This document shows positions 10,994 through 21,036 of a stretch of 64,000 nt of DNA, one piece after another (position 1 is the stretch's first letter; the number at the start of each line of letters is the position of its first letter). The position numbers and the translations under genes were made by a program. Origin of the DNA: Naegleria gruberi (Eukaryota). The stretch is from NCBI GenBank assembly GCA_000004985.1, contig GG738851.1; one strand, given 5' to 3'. The notes under the pieces are model-generated. The model worked only from the letters and a program-made list of their open reading frames with translations. It made no database searches and was not told the origin of the DNA.

Positions 10994-12438
10994 ATGATCA
11001 ACAGACAATCACTCCAAACAATCAGCAGAAATTTATCAACCCTCCACAAGGCAACCAAGAATGTTGCTTCAGCTTCCTCCGTTGTATTTGTAAATAAGAG
11101 GCAACAAGTAGCCTTACCACTCAATAGCAATCATAAATTCTTCTCCACCTCCTTGAAGAGTATGGATCAAGGACATTATTCAATTCCTGATGGAAATTCA
11201 ATCTTCTTTGCACCTTCACAGAATGCAATTGGTGTGAATAGTGTTGAACAATTGGGTGGATTTGTTAATAATTTGGGATGTAAGAAGATTTTGGTTGTTA
11301 CTGATAAGCCATTGGTTCAAATTGGAATTGTTGCTCAAGTAAGTATTTTGTCAATTAGATCATCGATTGAGTAATTTATTTACAATCAAATTGTAATGTA
11401 TTTAATGCAATATTTGAATAGGTGACTAAAGTTTTGGAAAAGGCAGGCATTTCATTCGTCATCTTTGATAATGTCCAACCAAATCCAACTGTTTCAAATG
11501 TCAATGAAGGTTTGAAAATTATGCAAAAGGAATCATGTGATGGAATTGTCAGTATTGGTGGTGGAAGTGTTCACGATTGTGCTAAAGGTATTGGTCTTGT
11601 TAAGGGAAATGGTGGAAAGATTGAAGACTATGAAGGATTAGATAAGAGTAAGAAGCCAATTTGTCCATATGTTGCAGTTAACACAACTGCTGGAACTGCT
11701 GCTGAGCTTACTAGATTCTCAATTATTACAAATGAAGTGACACGTGTCAAGATGGCCATTGTTGATAAGAATATTACTCCAACATTGAGTTTGAACGATC
11801 CAGTCTTGATGATGAAACAACCACCATTCTTGACAGCTTGTACTGGTCTCGATGCATTAACACATGCCATTGAAGCTTATGTTTCAACAGCTGCTAATCC
11901 AATCACTGATGCTTGTGCATTGATGGCTATTGAACTCATTGGTGAACACTTGTCAAAAGCAGTTGCCAATGGAAGTGATATTTATGCTCGTGAAAAGATG
12001 TGTTATGCTCAATTCCTTGCTGGTCTCGCTTTCAACAATGCCAGTTTAGGTTATGTCCATGCTATTGCCCATCAATTGGGTGGTTACTATAATTTACCTC
12101 ATGGTTTCTGTAATGCAATCCTCCTCCCAAGTGTCATGAAATTTAACATTCCAGCCCATGCTAAGAAACTTGCTCGTGTTGCCAAGACTTTGGGTGTCAA
12201 GAATGTTGATAATATGAGTGATTATGATGCTGCCTATGAAGCTGTTAAGGCAGTTTGTAAATTGAGAGAATTAGTTGGAATTCCAAGTGGATTGAATGGT
12301 GAAAAGATTGTCAAGAGAGAAGATTTTGATGTCTTGGCTGATCATGCATTGAAGGATGTCTGCGGATTTACCAATCCTCGAGTAGCCACCAAGAAGGACA
12401 TTATTGCCATCTTGGAAGAAAGTTACAAGGGATTGTAA
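10994..12438 (+). CDS. ADHFE1: Iron-containing alcohol dehydrogenase / hydroxyacid-oxoacid transhydrogenase (ADHFE1-like), 2 exons (10994-11338, 11422-12438)
   Basis: GTAAGT donor at 11339 and AG acceptor at 11420-21 (83-nt intron) join …IGIVAQ|VTKVLEKAG… Fe-ADH motifs [13 protein letters not shown] and [10 protein letters not shown]-terminus resembles a mitochondrial presequence. Confidence 0.85.
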
Positions 12439-12702
12439 CTTGTGTAAATTATTGTAATTATAAATTCTAATAAATTCGCTTTAAATTATTAAAATTTCAC
12501 CTCATTCTCACTCTCAAGTTCAATAACACTTTGCCTTCATTCATGTTGTAGAAAATAATTCCAAGATGAGAGCTATCAATAAGAATAAAGGAAATAGGAA
12601 AGGGCTTTTATCTTGAATCAAAACATTGAATAAACAACAAATATCGACCTAAATGATTCATTGGAGAAACTACATGTAATAAATGGATTGATTCAAACCA
12701 CT

Positions 12703-13152
12703 TTAAGGTTTATTCAAAACTTGGAAATCCATAACAATGAGACCAGTTTCAATTGGTTTTCTCAAGAATGGTCCAACAAAGTTTTTGAAAGCATCATGGA
12801 GTGGATCATATGGGAAATGGAATGGTCTGCCAACGAAATAATCACGATCTTGAACATTCTTGAATGTGACAATATAGATTTGTTCCATCTTTTGATCAAA
12901 ACCCTCCGGACTATTCGGATAACCACCATCAAATGACAAAATATAAGGTTGATGAGTTTCTGGATTGACACATCTTTCCTTGAGTGAGAAGTAGGTTTTC
13001 ATGATTTGATCCTTATCAGATTGGGTCACATTAGCTTCATATCTGAATGCAACAATGTGTTGGACTTGTCCTGCATGTGGATTCTCGGCATGAATCACCA
13101 TTGACATAATGCAAACAAGGAGAGTACCAACCACGAATAGAATGTATTTCAT
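12703..13152 (-). CDS. Secreted stress-responsive Dabb (dimeric alpha/beta barrel) domain protein
   Basis: Signal-peptide-like MKYILFVVGTLLVCIMSMVIHA followed by a Dabb-like HIVAFRYEANVT… fold. Start taken at the second Met of the ORF. Confidence 0.55.
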   Translation of the reverse strand: MKYILFVVGTLLVCIMSMVIHAENPHAGQVQHIVAFRYEANVTQSDKDQIMKTYFSLKERCVNPETHQPYILSFDGGYPNSPEGFDQKMEQIYIVTFKNVQDRDYFVGRPFHFPYDPLHDAFKNFVGPFLRKPIETGLIVMDFQVLNKP

Positions 13153-13544
13153 TTTTGTTTTGTGAAATATTTTAAAAAACAAAGTTCGTTTGGGATCATT
13201 TAATAACAATCTGCTCCGGAGACAATTTGTGTGGGGTTATGTTCTCGGAGTTACTTCAGCTTAACACTGTAGAATTGGTCAATACTTGAGTATATTCTAA
13301 AGTAACTCCTAGTATTTCTTAAAAGGAAGAATGAATAATTAGGAAACATAACTATTCTTTTCAAAGTGAACATGTATTGATAAAACACCTTATAATTTTA
13401 CAATCATTTTACAATCCAAAGTTAAAACAAGCAAAATATAATGTATTTATATTGAAAATTTTAGCATTGGTAGGTGCTCACTTTGGTACAGTCCTTAATT
13501 CTGTATAATTTAGGCAACCATGTAAAAAATCTTGTTTGAGCGTA

Positions 13545-13617
13545 GCCCGTCTAGCTCAGTCGGTAGAGCGCAAGGCTCTTAACCTTGTGGTCGTGGGTTC
13601 GACCCCCACGGTGGGCG
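13545..13617 (+). tRNA. tRNA-Lys (anticodon CTT)
   Basis: 73-nt cloverleaf: acceptor GCCCGTC/GGTGGGC (two G-U wobbles), D-arm GCTCAGTCGGTAGAGC, anticodon stem CAAGG/CCTTG with loop CTCTTAA, T-arm GTGGGTTCGACCCCCAC. Confidence 0.9.
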
Positions 13618-13783
13618 TTTCCTTTTGCATCATTAAGCTACAAGGTCTGTTTTATTTGGTATTGTTGTCCAGTATTTGTTCTCAGATTCTCTTTTAATTA
13701 ACAATTAATTAACAATTATGCAAATAAATTTAATTTATTGAACTTTCACTCAATTTTGAAATTGCAATATTTACAAAAAAAAA

Positions 13784-15238
13784 ATGCTTTCACAAGTTCA
13801 CGATAATGCAGCAACCACTCAATCCCATCAACAAGCCATCATTATTGATGGAGGGTATGTACTTATTCCTATCATTAGAAATTAAATCAACAAACAATAT
13901 ATAAATACTTGCAATTATTATCATCATCATTTTAAAATTGATAAATATTAGAATTATGGAAGGCGGAGGACAAATTATTAGATATTCAACTGCTCGTACG
14001 TAAATATTTCATTAAATTGAACTGAAATGATGATGACGATGATTTAAATTATAAAATTAGTTTCTCACATTTTGAATAAATCAATCAAGGTGCAGAATAT
14101 TCGTGCAGGAAGAGAAAATCCTGGATTGAGAGCTCAACATTTGACTGGAGTTGTTTTGGTGTCCATGTTGCCGAAAAGTAGAGAATTTTCATCAACTTTG
14201 ACTGATTGCAGAGTTGGATCAACAAGTTTTACATTCATTCCAAAGGATTTGGAGAAGAAACGATTAGTTTTGAATTGTAAAAGTGATTCGAAAGAAGTTC
14301 ATATTGATTATGACGAAGATGAGGAAATTAAGGTATCTGCTGATTGTTTTACTGCTGGAGCAACTACTTTAATGTTGCAATCTTCATTGTGTCCACTGTT
14401 ATTTATGGACACAAATGGAAAGGATATTAGAATGAGTTATAGAGGAGGAACAAATGTGGATTTTTCACCACCAATTGATGAAATTTCCACTTTACTATTC
14501 CCACTTTTGAGAAGACACTTTTTAAAAATTGATAATTCCAAATCATTTGATTTACAATGTAAATATCGAGGATTCTATCCGAGAGGAAATGGTCAAGCTG
14601 AGCTCTTTATTGAAAAGAGTAAATATTTCAAGAAGGGTGAATTTCTGCATGCTGTGGAATTGGTGGAGAGAGGAGATTCGATTGTGAAACTATTATTGGA
14701 GATGAGTTATACTGATAATGATGGTTTGGATTTTTTGGAAAAGGTTGAACAAGCTCTCAAAGTGGAAATTAACAAGAATTCAAGTTTCTTACAGCCATTC
14801 TCAAAGAAATTGGAAATCCAAGTGGAAAAGAAAAAGTGTAACAACAATCCATCCAAGGCAAGAGCTGTCTTTGGTACCTGTATCATGTATGACTCGAAGG
14901 AGAATGCATTTGGTGCCTCCTTCCATACCAAAGATATGAAAAAAAGCCAGAAATTCAAAGTGGATGAACACATTACCCATACCAAGTCCATTCTCAAACA
15001 TTTGGCCAAACAGTGGAATGAAGGAGGATGTGTCGATGAATATGTACAAGATCAGCTCATTATTTTCATGACATTGGCCAAAGGAAAGAGTAAGATTCGT
15101 ACAGGACCACTTACACTTCACACTCAAACTGCCATTCACTTTTGTCAAACCATTGCTGGAGTGCAATTTACCGTAACACCACAAGAAGGTAATTCCTTTA
15201 TTATTGAATGTGAAGGACTTGGACAGAGTTTCGAATAA
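13784..15238 (+). CDS. RNA 3'-terminal phosphate cyclase family (RtcA/Rcl1), 3 exons (13784-13854, 13952-13995, 14061-15238)
   Basis: Two short 5' exons bounded by GTATGT/GTACGT donors and TAG acceptors give MLSQVHDNAATTQSHQQAIIIDGG|IMEGGGQIIRYSTAL|SHILNKSIKVQNIRAGRENPGLRAQHL… matching the RtcA N-terminal signature. Confidence 0.75.
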
Positions 15239-15449
15239 ATTCTGATCTAATTTCATTCAAAAAATTATCAAACTGCTACTGAAACAATTCTCAAGTGTAT
15301 TATCAATATGTTTCGAACCTACGGATCTCTTTATTTTGAGCAACAGCTTAATGATGTTGAACAAGCTCACAAAATAATGCTCTACATGTTTTTGATGGTC
15401 GAGGTAGTGATTCCTCATCTCAAAATTTGAGAGAACTTTAGAATGCTTA

Positions 15450-15857
15450 CTATTTTGATAATATAGTGATGTGTGGAAATTTGAGTTGGAAATATTCTAA
15501 TACTTTCCTTTTTGTTTCCTTGTTTGATTCCTCTCTGACTGCAATCTTCTCCCAATCGTTATATATTCTTGACAAGTATCTTCCAATTTCATCACCTTCC
15601 ATTTTAATATTAAACAATTCAATTAATTCATCCAAAGTATTTACCAGAATCGAATATTTTGCACTCGAAGAAATTGCACTAAAGTACATTAGAAATCGCT
15701 CCAAACTAGTCAATCTCAAATTCAGTTTCGATGAAATATATTGAATACCACTTAAATAGTCCGAGTTGGGCATTTCCAAATGATCAAACAGTAATTCAGT
15801 GTTTCCTTCTGGAATCTTGAACTCTAATTGACAATCATCAATCAGATATTTCAGCAT
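15450..15857 (-). CDS. Hypothetical protein, 5' end truncated by assembly gap
   Basis: 135-aa ORF abutting the N-run. No confident domain. Confidence 0.3.
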   Translation of the reverse strand: MLKYLIDDCQLEFKIPEGNTELLFDHLEMPNSDYLSGIQYISSKLNLRLTSLERFLMYFSAISSSAKYSILVNTLDELIELFNIKMEGDEIGRYLSRIYNDWEKIAVREESNKETKRKVLEYFQLKFPHITILSK

Positions 15858-15916
15858 TTCTATTTTATAACATTCATGTCCAGTTTCTACTGTACGATAG
15901 ATTAGGTAGGGATANN

Positions 15917-16068
15917 NNNNNNNNNNNNNNNNNNNNNNNNNNNNNNNNNNNNNNNNNNNNNNNNNNNNNNNNNNNNNNNNNNNNNNNNNNNNNNNNNNNN
16001 NNNNNNNNNNNNNNNNNNNNNNNNNNNNNNNNNNNNNNNNNNNNNNNNNNNNNNNNNNNNNNNNNNNN
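15917..16068. other. Assembly gap (run of N)
   Basis: 152 consecutive N characters. Confidence 1.
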
Positions 16069-17654
16069 AGTAGTATTGAAAGGCTTCGATATAGAAGGTA
16101 TTAGTATCAGTTAATAGTTGATCAAGAGTAGGAATGAACTCATAATATATAGAGTAATGTTTCTTCTTATTCTTCCTATTGGTATGAATGTTTTTCTATA
16201 GAAATACTATCAAAGTGAATCAGTATATTCTTCTTCTACTATTATTTTCCGATTAGATGTGTGTTGTTTTATTACCTCAAGCCAACCAATGAGAGAGTTT
16301 GAATTGTTGTCGTTGTTGAGTGAGTTTGTGTTGGACGTCCAATGTTCCTATTCTTTTCAAACTAGAAATTATTAAATTCATCAATAATTGAAGAATCACC
16401 AAGGCAATTTGGAAACATTGCGTGAAGGTGCATAGCAGATGAAAGGGGATTATAATATCGTATTCAACGACCGATTCTGTCAAAAAGGTTGATAGAAATT
16501 TCTCCATAAAACACATCAATAAATTTCGCGTTTTGTGTGCTTGAGCATTTAGTTTTTCCTCTCGCATCAAGGAATTTTAAATGGTGAATGTTCAAATAGT
16601 GTAAAAATAACTAAGCGCAGTAGACATTAAGGGCGATACCGTGAATGGAACAATATCACATCTCTGAATACTTGACGAATGGTTGCATTGCATTTTTTAC
16701 AAAATCAAATTGTTGTTCATGTGGTATGATATCTTATCTTTTGCAATTTTATAGCAGTTTGGTGTATTTACTTTTAAGGAGATTGGAAAAAAAGCTAAAA
16801 ACAGTTCTTGTGGAAAATTATGGAGAAATAATCGAATGGCGTTTGAAAAAATTGAATATTTTTGAAAGATGGCAGATTCCGTATTGAATTTCAATACTTT
16901 CTCAAGTGTTCCCTACAGCATCTCCTGAAGGTCCATAGATATCAGCTAAAAAAATTCCTATGTGGAGGTGTCAATCTATTCTCCTATTCTTCCTCATTTA
17001 TTCCAAAGTGAGGACCACGACTAAATTGAAAAGTTGTAATTAACATGTTTAATTTTGAAGACCATTGTTTCTAGGCATAAAACACAAAAATTTTGGCGGG
17101 AAATACTACGGTATTTGAGGTGCTATTACAGAGAGCATGCGGAAGATTTGGAATCAAGGAAATGGAATGGAGGAAGATTTTGATGAACGCGACAGCATTT
17201 TGTTATTAGGAAAGAGGAAGATTTGATTTTTGGATTCTGTCCTTAATTCATTTTTCAATTCCAATGGAAATGTTACATGTATTTGTTATCCAGAGTTTTA
17301 ATGTTGTGCTATCAGGAGGACTAAGATTAGTATGAGATGGATACATAGCTTTTGTTACTGTTTATGAATGGCGATAGGTTATTAGGAAAATAGGTGAGAG
17401 ATGGTTAGTCAGCTTATTTTCCGAAAGATTGAACCTTAATGCTGTGGTGATAATAGAGATGTTGATTGGAGAATTTTCAATTCAACAGATCACAGTAAGG
17501 AGTACTGTACTTAATCAAAGGATGAAAATCTCCAATTGTTTGTAGGAATTATTTTGAATTCTTGTATTGGAATAATTCCTTTAACAAGGAATACGTATTT
17601 TAGGAGATTGTAAGGCACTGCTTGTTTCTATTAAGGATTTCTCGGTCACCGTAA

Positions 17655-17728
17655 GCCTTCCTAGCTCAGTTGGCAGTAGCGCTGTCCTAGTAAGACAGAG
17701 GTCTTGGGTTCGATTCCCAAGGGAGGCA
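17655..17728 (+). tRNA. tRNA-Thr (anticodon AGT)
   Basis: 74-nt cloverleaf: acceptor GCCTTCC/GGGAGGC (one G-U), anticodon stem CTGTC/GACAG with loop CTAGTAA, T-arm TTGGGTTCGATTCCCAA. One D-stem mismatch. Confidence 0.75.
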
Positions 17729-17746
17729 ACATTTTAGGCATTGTTA

Positions 17747-18826
17747 TTATTTTAATTCATCCCTAACAAACACCTTAATTTGATGATTTTCACAATCTGA
17801 AATAAATACAGAACCATTTCTCCTATCAGAGCAAAATCCAGTGATACAATCAAACGAGAAAGGATCATCCTTACCAAATTTTCCAAATGATTTCACCACA
17901 AGTCCACTATCAATATTTAAAACTGAAATTCTATGATTTCCTTCATCTCCAATCAATACATTTCTACTCTCCTTATCAAGTAAAAGATGAGAGTGATTAT
18001 TTACATCAGCATTCAGAGTTTTCAAGAGTGTAAAACTGTCACTTTCATCTTCCGAGACAAGTAGTAGAGATTTTTTGAAACCTATCAAGATTGTACCACG
18101 ATTCTCATCCATTGTAATTGCAAATGGTTCAAGCATTGAGTTAATTTCAATTTCTAGAGTGAGTGGATGGAAAACCTTGATGGAGGATATGGTTTTCACA
18201 AGAGTTCCATCAGAAGCTTTCATAATTACAATACGATCATTGAACCGATCGCACACGTATATAAAATTCCCTTCCTTTCCATATCGAATGGCCAATCCCT
18301 GTGGATCTTTAAACATTTTCTGTGAAAACCACAAAAGCTGAGCTAGGGGCAAATTGGAATTGACATGATTCAATTTCATTTTCATAATTGCATCCATACT
18401 CCCACTCACAAAGAGATTATCTGAATTCTCCTCTTCCTCCACCAATAAATAGAATGGATTCAAACCAGGTGTAACCAAAGCATTGATATATTCCAGTGTA
18501 TCCAAATTAAAAAACACAATTCTCCTATTCTCAGCATCGGTGACGATAATTAATTGAGTTCGATATGAAATTTTCACATCACAAGGAAAGGTGAAATTGC
18601 AATTGAGGCAAGTTTTGTATTTGATTGAATCATCAACAAGACATGGCTGAAATGTAGTGGTTTTACGTGGACACTTCAATTTTTCATGAATCATCATCAT
18701 GGCAGGATTAGAGGAAACATCTTCCGATGACTGATTAATAATAATGAAATCATGTAAAATTAATTTTACACAATTATTTGCAATTTTTCTAATTTTTGAT
18801 GGTTTTTCGTAAAGTGTTTCTTCCAT
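17747..18826 (-). CDS. NHL-repeat protein with N-terminal Cys-rich (B-box-like) region
   Basis: NHL-like blades (GLAIRYGKEGNFIYVCDRFNDRIVIM; VLIGDEGNHRISVLN; VFISDCENHQIKVF). N-terminal CPRKTTTFQPCLVDDSIKYKTCLNCNFTFPC. Confidence 0.6.
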   Translation of the reverse strand: MEETLYEKPSKIRKIANNCVKLILHDFIIINQSSEDVSSNPAMMMIHEKLKCPRKTTTFQPCLVDDSIKYKTCLNCNFTFPCDVKISYRTQLIIVTDAENRRIVFFNLDTLEYINALVTPGLNPFYLLVEEEENSDNLFVSGSMDAIMKMKLNHVNSNLPLAQLLWFSQKMFKDPQGLAIRYGKEGNFIYVCDRFNDRIVIMKASDGTLVKTISSIKVFHPLTLEIEINSMLEPFAITMDENRGTILIGFKKSLLLVSEDESDSFTLLKTLNADVNNHSHLLLDKESRNVLIGDEGNHRISVLNIDSGLVVKSFGKFGKDDPFSFDCITGFCSDRRNGSVFISDCENHQIKVFVRDELK

Positions 18827-18997
18827 ATTCTTCTGTTGTGGATGAAAATTCCAATAATCGAGGTATTTTTTTGTACTATTTCTTTTGTAATTTATTCGTC
18901 TTGTGGTATAATTTGCAAAAACAGAAACTCTAGATTCAAAAGTTCACACAAATTATCAGAAAAATCCAATGTATCCATATCTTGTCCATATCCATCT

Positions 18998-19795
18998 CTA
19001 ATGACAACTCTTTCCATGTTTTTTCAATTGATAATAATTGTAAGGGAGAGGAACCAAATAACCCATCGAAAGACTAGCAGCAAGTGAAACCCAAAATGCA
19101 GGTTCATTCACTTGAAGCATGGAAGTACATCCAGTGTCATTATCATTATTCAATAACCCCCAATAGGTCATCATTCCATAATCTGTTATATTTTCACTCA
19201 ATTCCATTGTTAACATGGAGAAGAAACTCATCTTGCAAGCCATTCTGAAAGCTTCTACAGTGGTATCGAATTTCTCTCTATATCTCAGGAGAGCAGTTTC
19301 CAATGCTAAACTTGTGGCTATACCAGAAGCCATACATATTGGCATAATCATGGCCATGCCTAGCTCTGGATATTGACTTGTCAGAAACCACATCATTGAA
19401 AAATCACCAATTGAGCATCCAATTAAACAGTTCAGTGTATTAAGAGAGGCTCTCTTCCATGAATGTTTACATTTCCAAAATTTCAAATCCCAAACTGATA
19501 ATTTACTCTTTTCCAAAGGTGCGTTATTTTTCATTGGCGGAGTATTAATATTTTGATTATGAGTCTCGCTTGATGATGTATTCATTGTATTGCAATGATC
19601 AGAATGATCACTTGTTGATTCCGATTTTAATTTGTGTTTTCCTCCGCAGCATGATGAAACCAATCGGACTTGTTGTTGATGATTTATCAATAATCCAAAA
19701 CCATTCAATGATGATACTACATGTTGTCTCCTTCCCAATAACACAGAACCAACAGTTGCTGCTGCTGAGCGGGTAGTACAGATTCTTTTAAGCAT
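18998..19795 (-). CDS. Hypothetical membrane protein with mitochondrial-presequence-like N-terminus
   Basis: N-terminal MLKRICTTRSAAATVGSVLLGRR. Several hydrophobic segments in the C-terminal half. Confidence 0.4.
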   Translation of the reverse strand: MLKRICTTRSAAATVGSVLLGRRQHVVSSLNGFGLLINHQQQVRLVSSCCGGKHKLKSESTSDHSDHCNTMNTSSSETHNQNINTPPMKNNAPLEKSKLSVWDLKFWKCKHSWKRASLNTLNCLIGCSIGDFSMMWFLTSQYPELGMAMIMPICMASGIATSLALETALLRYREKFDTTVEAFRMACKMSFFSMLTMELSENITDYGMMTYWGLLNNDNDTGCTSMLQVNEPAFWVSLAASLSMGYLVPLPYNYYQLKKHGKSCH

Positions 19796-19912
19796 TTTTT
19801 TTCATTGTAAAATTCTTGAAGAATGGAGGCGAAATTATGGAGTCCATGGTTTGTGTTCATGTTTGATTGAGTGAAAACTGAATGGAAAATTGGTTGGTGG
19901 TTGGGGAGGTGA

Positions 19913-20923
19913 TTAGAAAACAACTAGGTTGTTGTGGATTTGATAGGTTTCAGCGAGAATGTATGTGAATTTGGAAGTATCGGTCAAGTTGACAGCATGA
20001 ACATACATTGTACATGTTCTGGTGTGTGTTGATACACATTGGTATTGGATGTATCGAATGACCTCTTCTTTAGTGTTTTGACCAGTGTATTCCTTGAAAT
20101 AATCACTAAATGGATGGTGTTCCAGTAATTGAGCCAGTTCATCAGTTTTTGTAAGGAAAATTACAAAGCTGGAAAATAGTTCAGACTTTTTTAGGTTTTC
20201 AAATGTATCAATGGCCAACTGGAGACAATTTGTATTGTGTACCGTATCATGTAACACATAATCAGCCAATGAAATGAAATAATAGACCACGTCCACATTT
20301 TCAAATTGAGTAATCCATTTTCTTGGCTCTCCTCTCATATCACTGGGGTCAATAAATCTGAAATTAAAACCTCCCTTGATATCAATCTCTTTGATGGATG
20401 AGGAGGTTCTTGGAATTTTCACTCGATACATGTCGTTTAATTCAAATTTCATCTGAGAATTATTTTCCAATTTTGCAATAAACTCCTCACTGAAGAAATA
20501 CTTAATATTATTCAAATATCTCATATGAAAAGATGCTTCCAATAAAAATTCATTCTCTCCTTCTCTGACATATCTTATAAATTTAATCAGATCATTAGAA
20601 ATTGTCCTCAATCGAATATCTTTTCGTATAGTTTCTTTCAGCTTTTCGAATTGATTTGGTAACCGATTCTTTAACAATTCATAACAAACCAAAATACATC
20701 TAAACACAAATTCCATCACCCACCTATCCAATTTCACTCCTATCGACAGCAACCATTCAATATCATTATTGACACGCAGAAAATTGCAAAAAGTTGATTT
20801 TCCAGAATTTGTTCCTCCAAGAATGAGAAATCTCTTGCTGATTTGATTTTTGGAAAATTCATCGTGTATGATTAGCTGTTCCGAGATTTGTTTATCTTTT
20901 TGTCTTTCTTTTCGTCTGGCCAT
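19913..20923 (-). CDS. Divergent heterotrimeric G-protein alpha-subunit-like protein (catalytic motifs degenerate)
   Basis: P-loop LILGGTNSGKST (canonical LLLGAGESGKST). Switch II DVGGQR is replaced by DPSDMRGEPRKW, NKxD by TKTD, and TCATDT by TCTMYVHAVNLTD. Confidence 0.6.
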   Translation of the reverse strand: MARRKERQKDKQISEQLIIHDEFSKNQISKRFLILGGTNSGKSTFCNFLRVNNDIEWLLSIGVKLDRWVMEFVFRCILVCYELLKNRLPNQFEKLKETIRKDIRLRTISNDLIKFIRYVREGENEFLLEASFHMRYLNNIKYFFSEEFIAKLENNSQMKFELNDMYRVKIPRTSSSIKEIDIKGGFNFRFIDPSDMRGEPRKWITQFENVDVVYYFISLADYVLHDTVHNTNCLQLAIDTFENLKKSELFSSFVIFLTKTDELAQLLEHHPFSDYFKEYTGQNTKEEVIRYIQYQCVSTHTRTCTMYVHAVNLTDTSKFTYILAETYQIHNNLVVF

Positions 20924-21036
20924 TTTTTAGTTGTGAACTTTCGAATTTATTAAATCAAAATGTATTTATTTTACAAAAACATTTTCATAATTTAGTTATC
21001 CATATTATTATTGTACACAGGTTGGGAAATGATTAT

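Noticed and set aside
12661-12971. ORFs 12661..12936 (+) and 12762..12971 (-) overlapping the Dabb-domain gene.
   Set aside because: Overlapping alternative-frame ORFs with no features. The Dabb reading frame has a signal peptide and a conserved fold signature.
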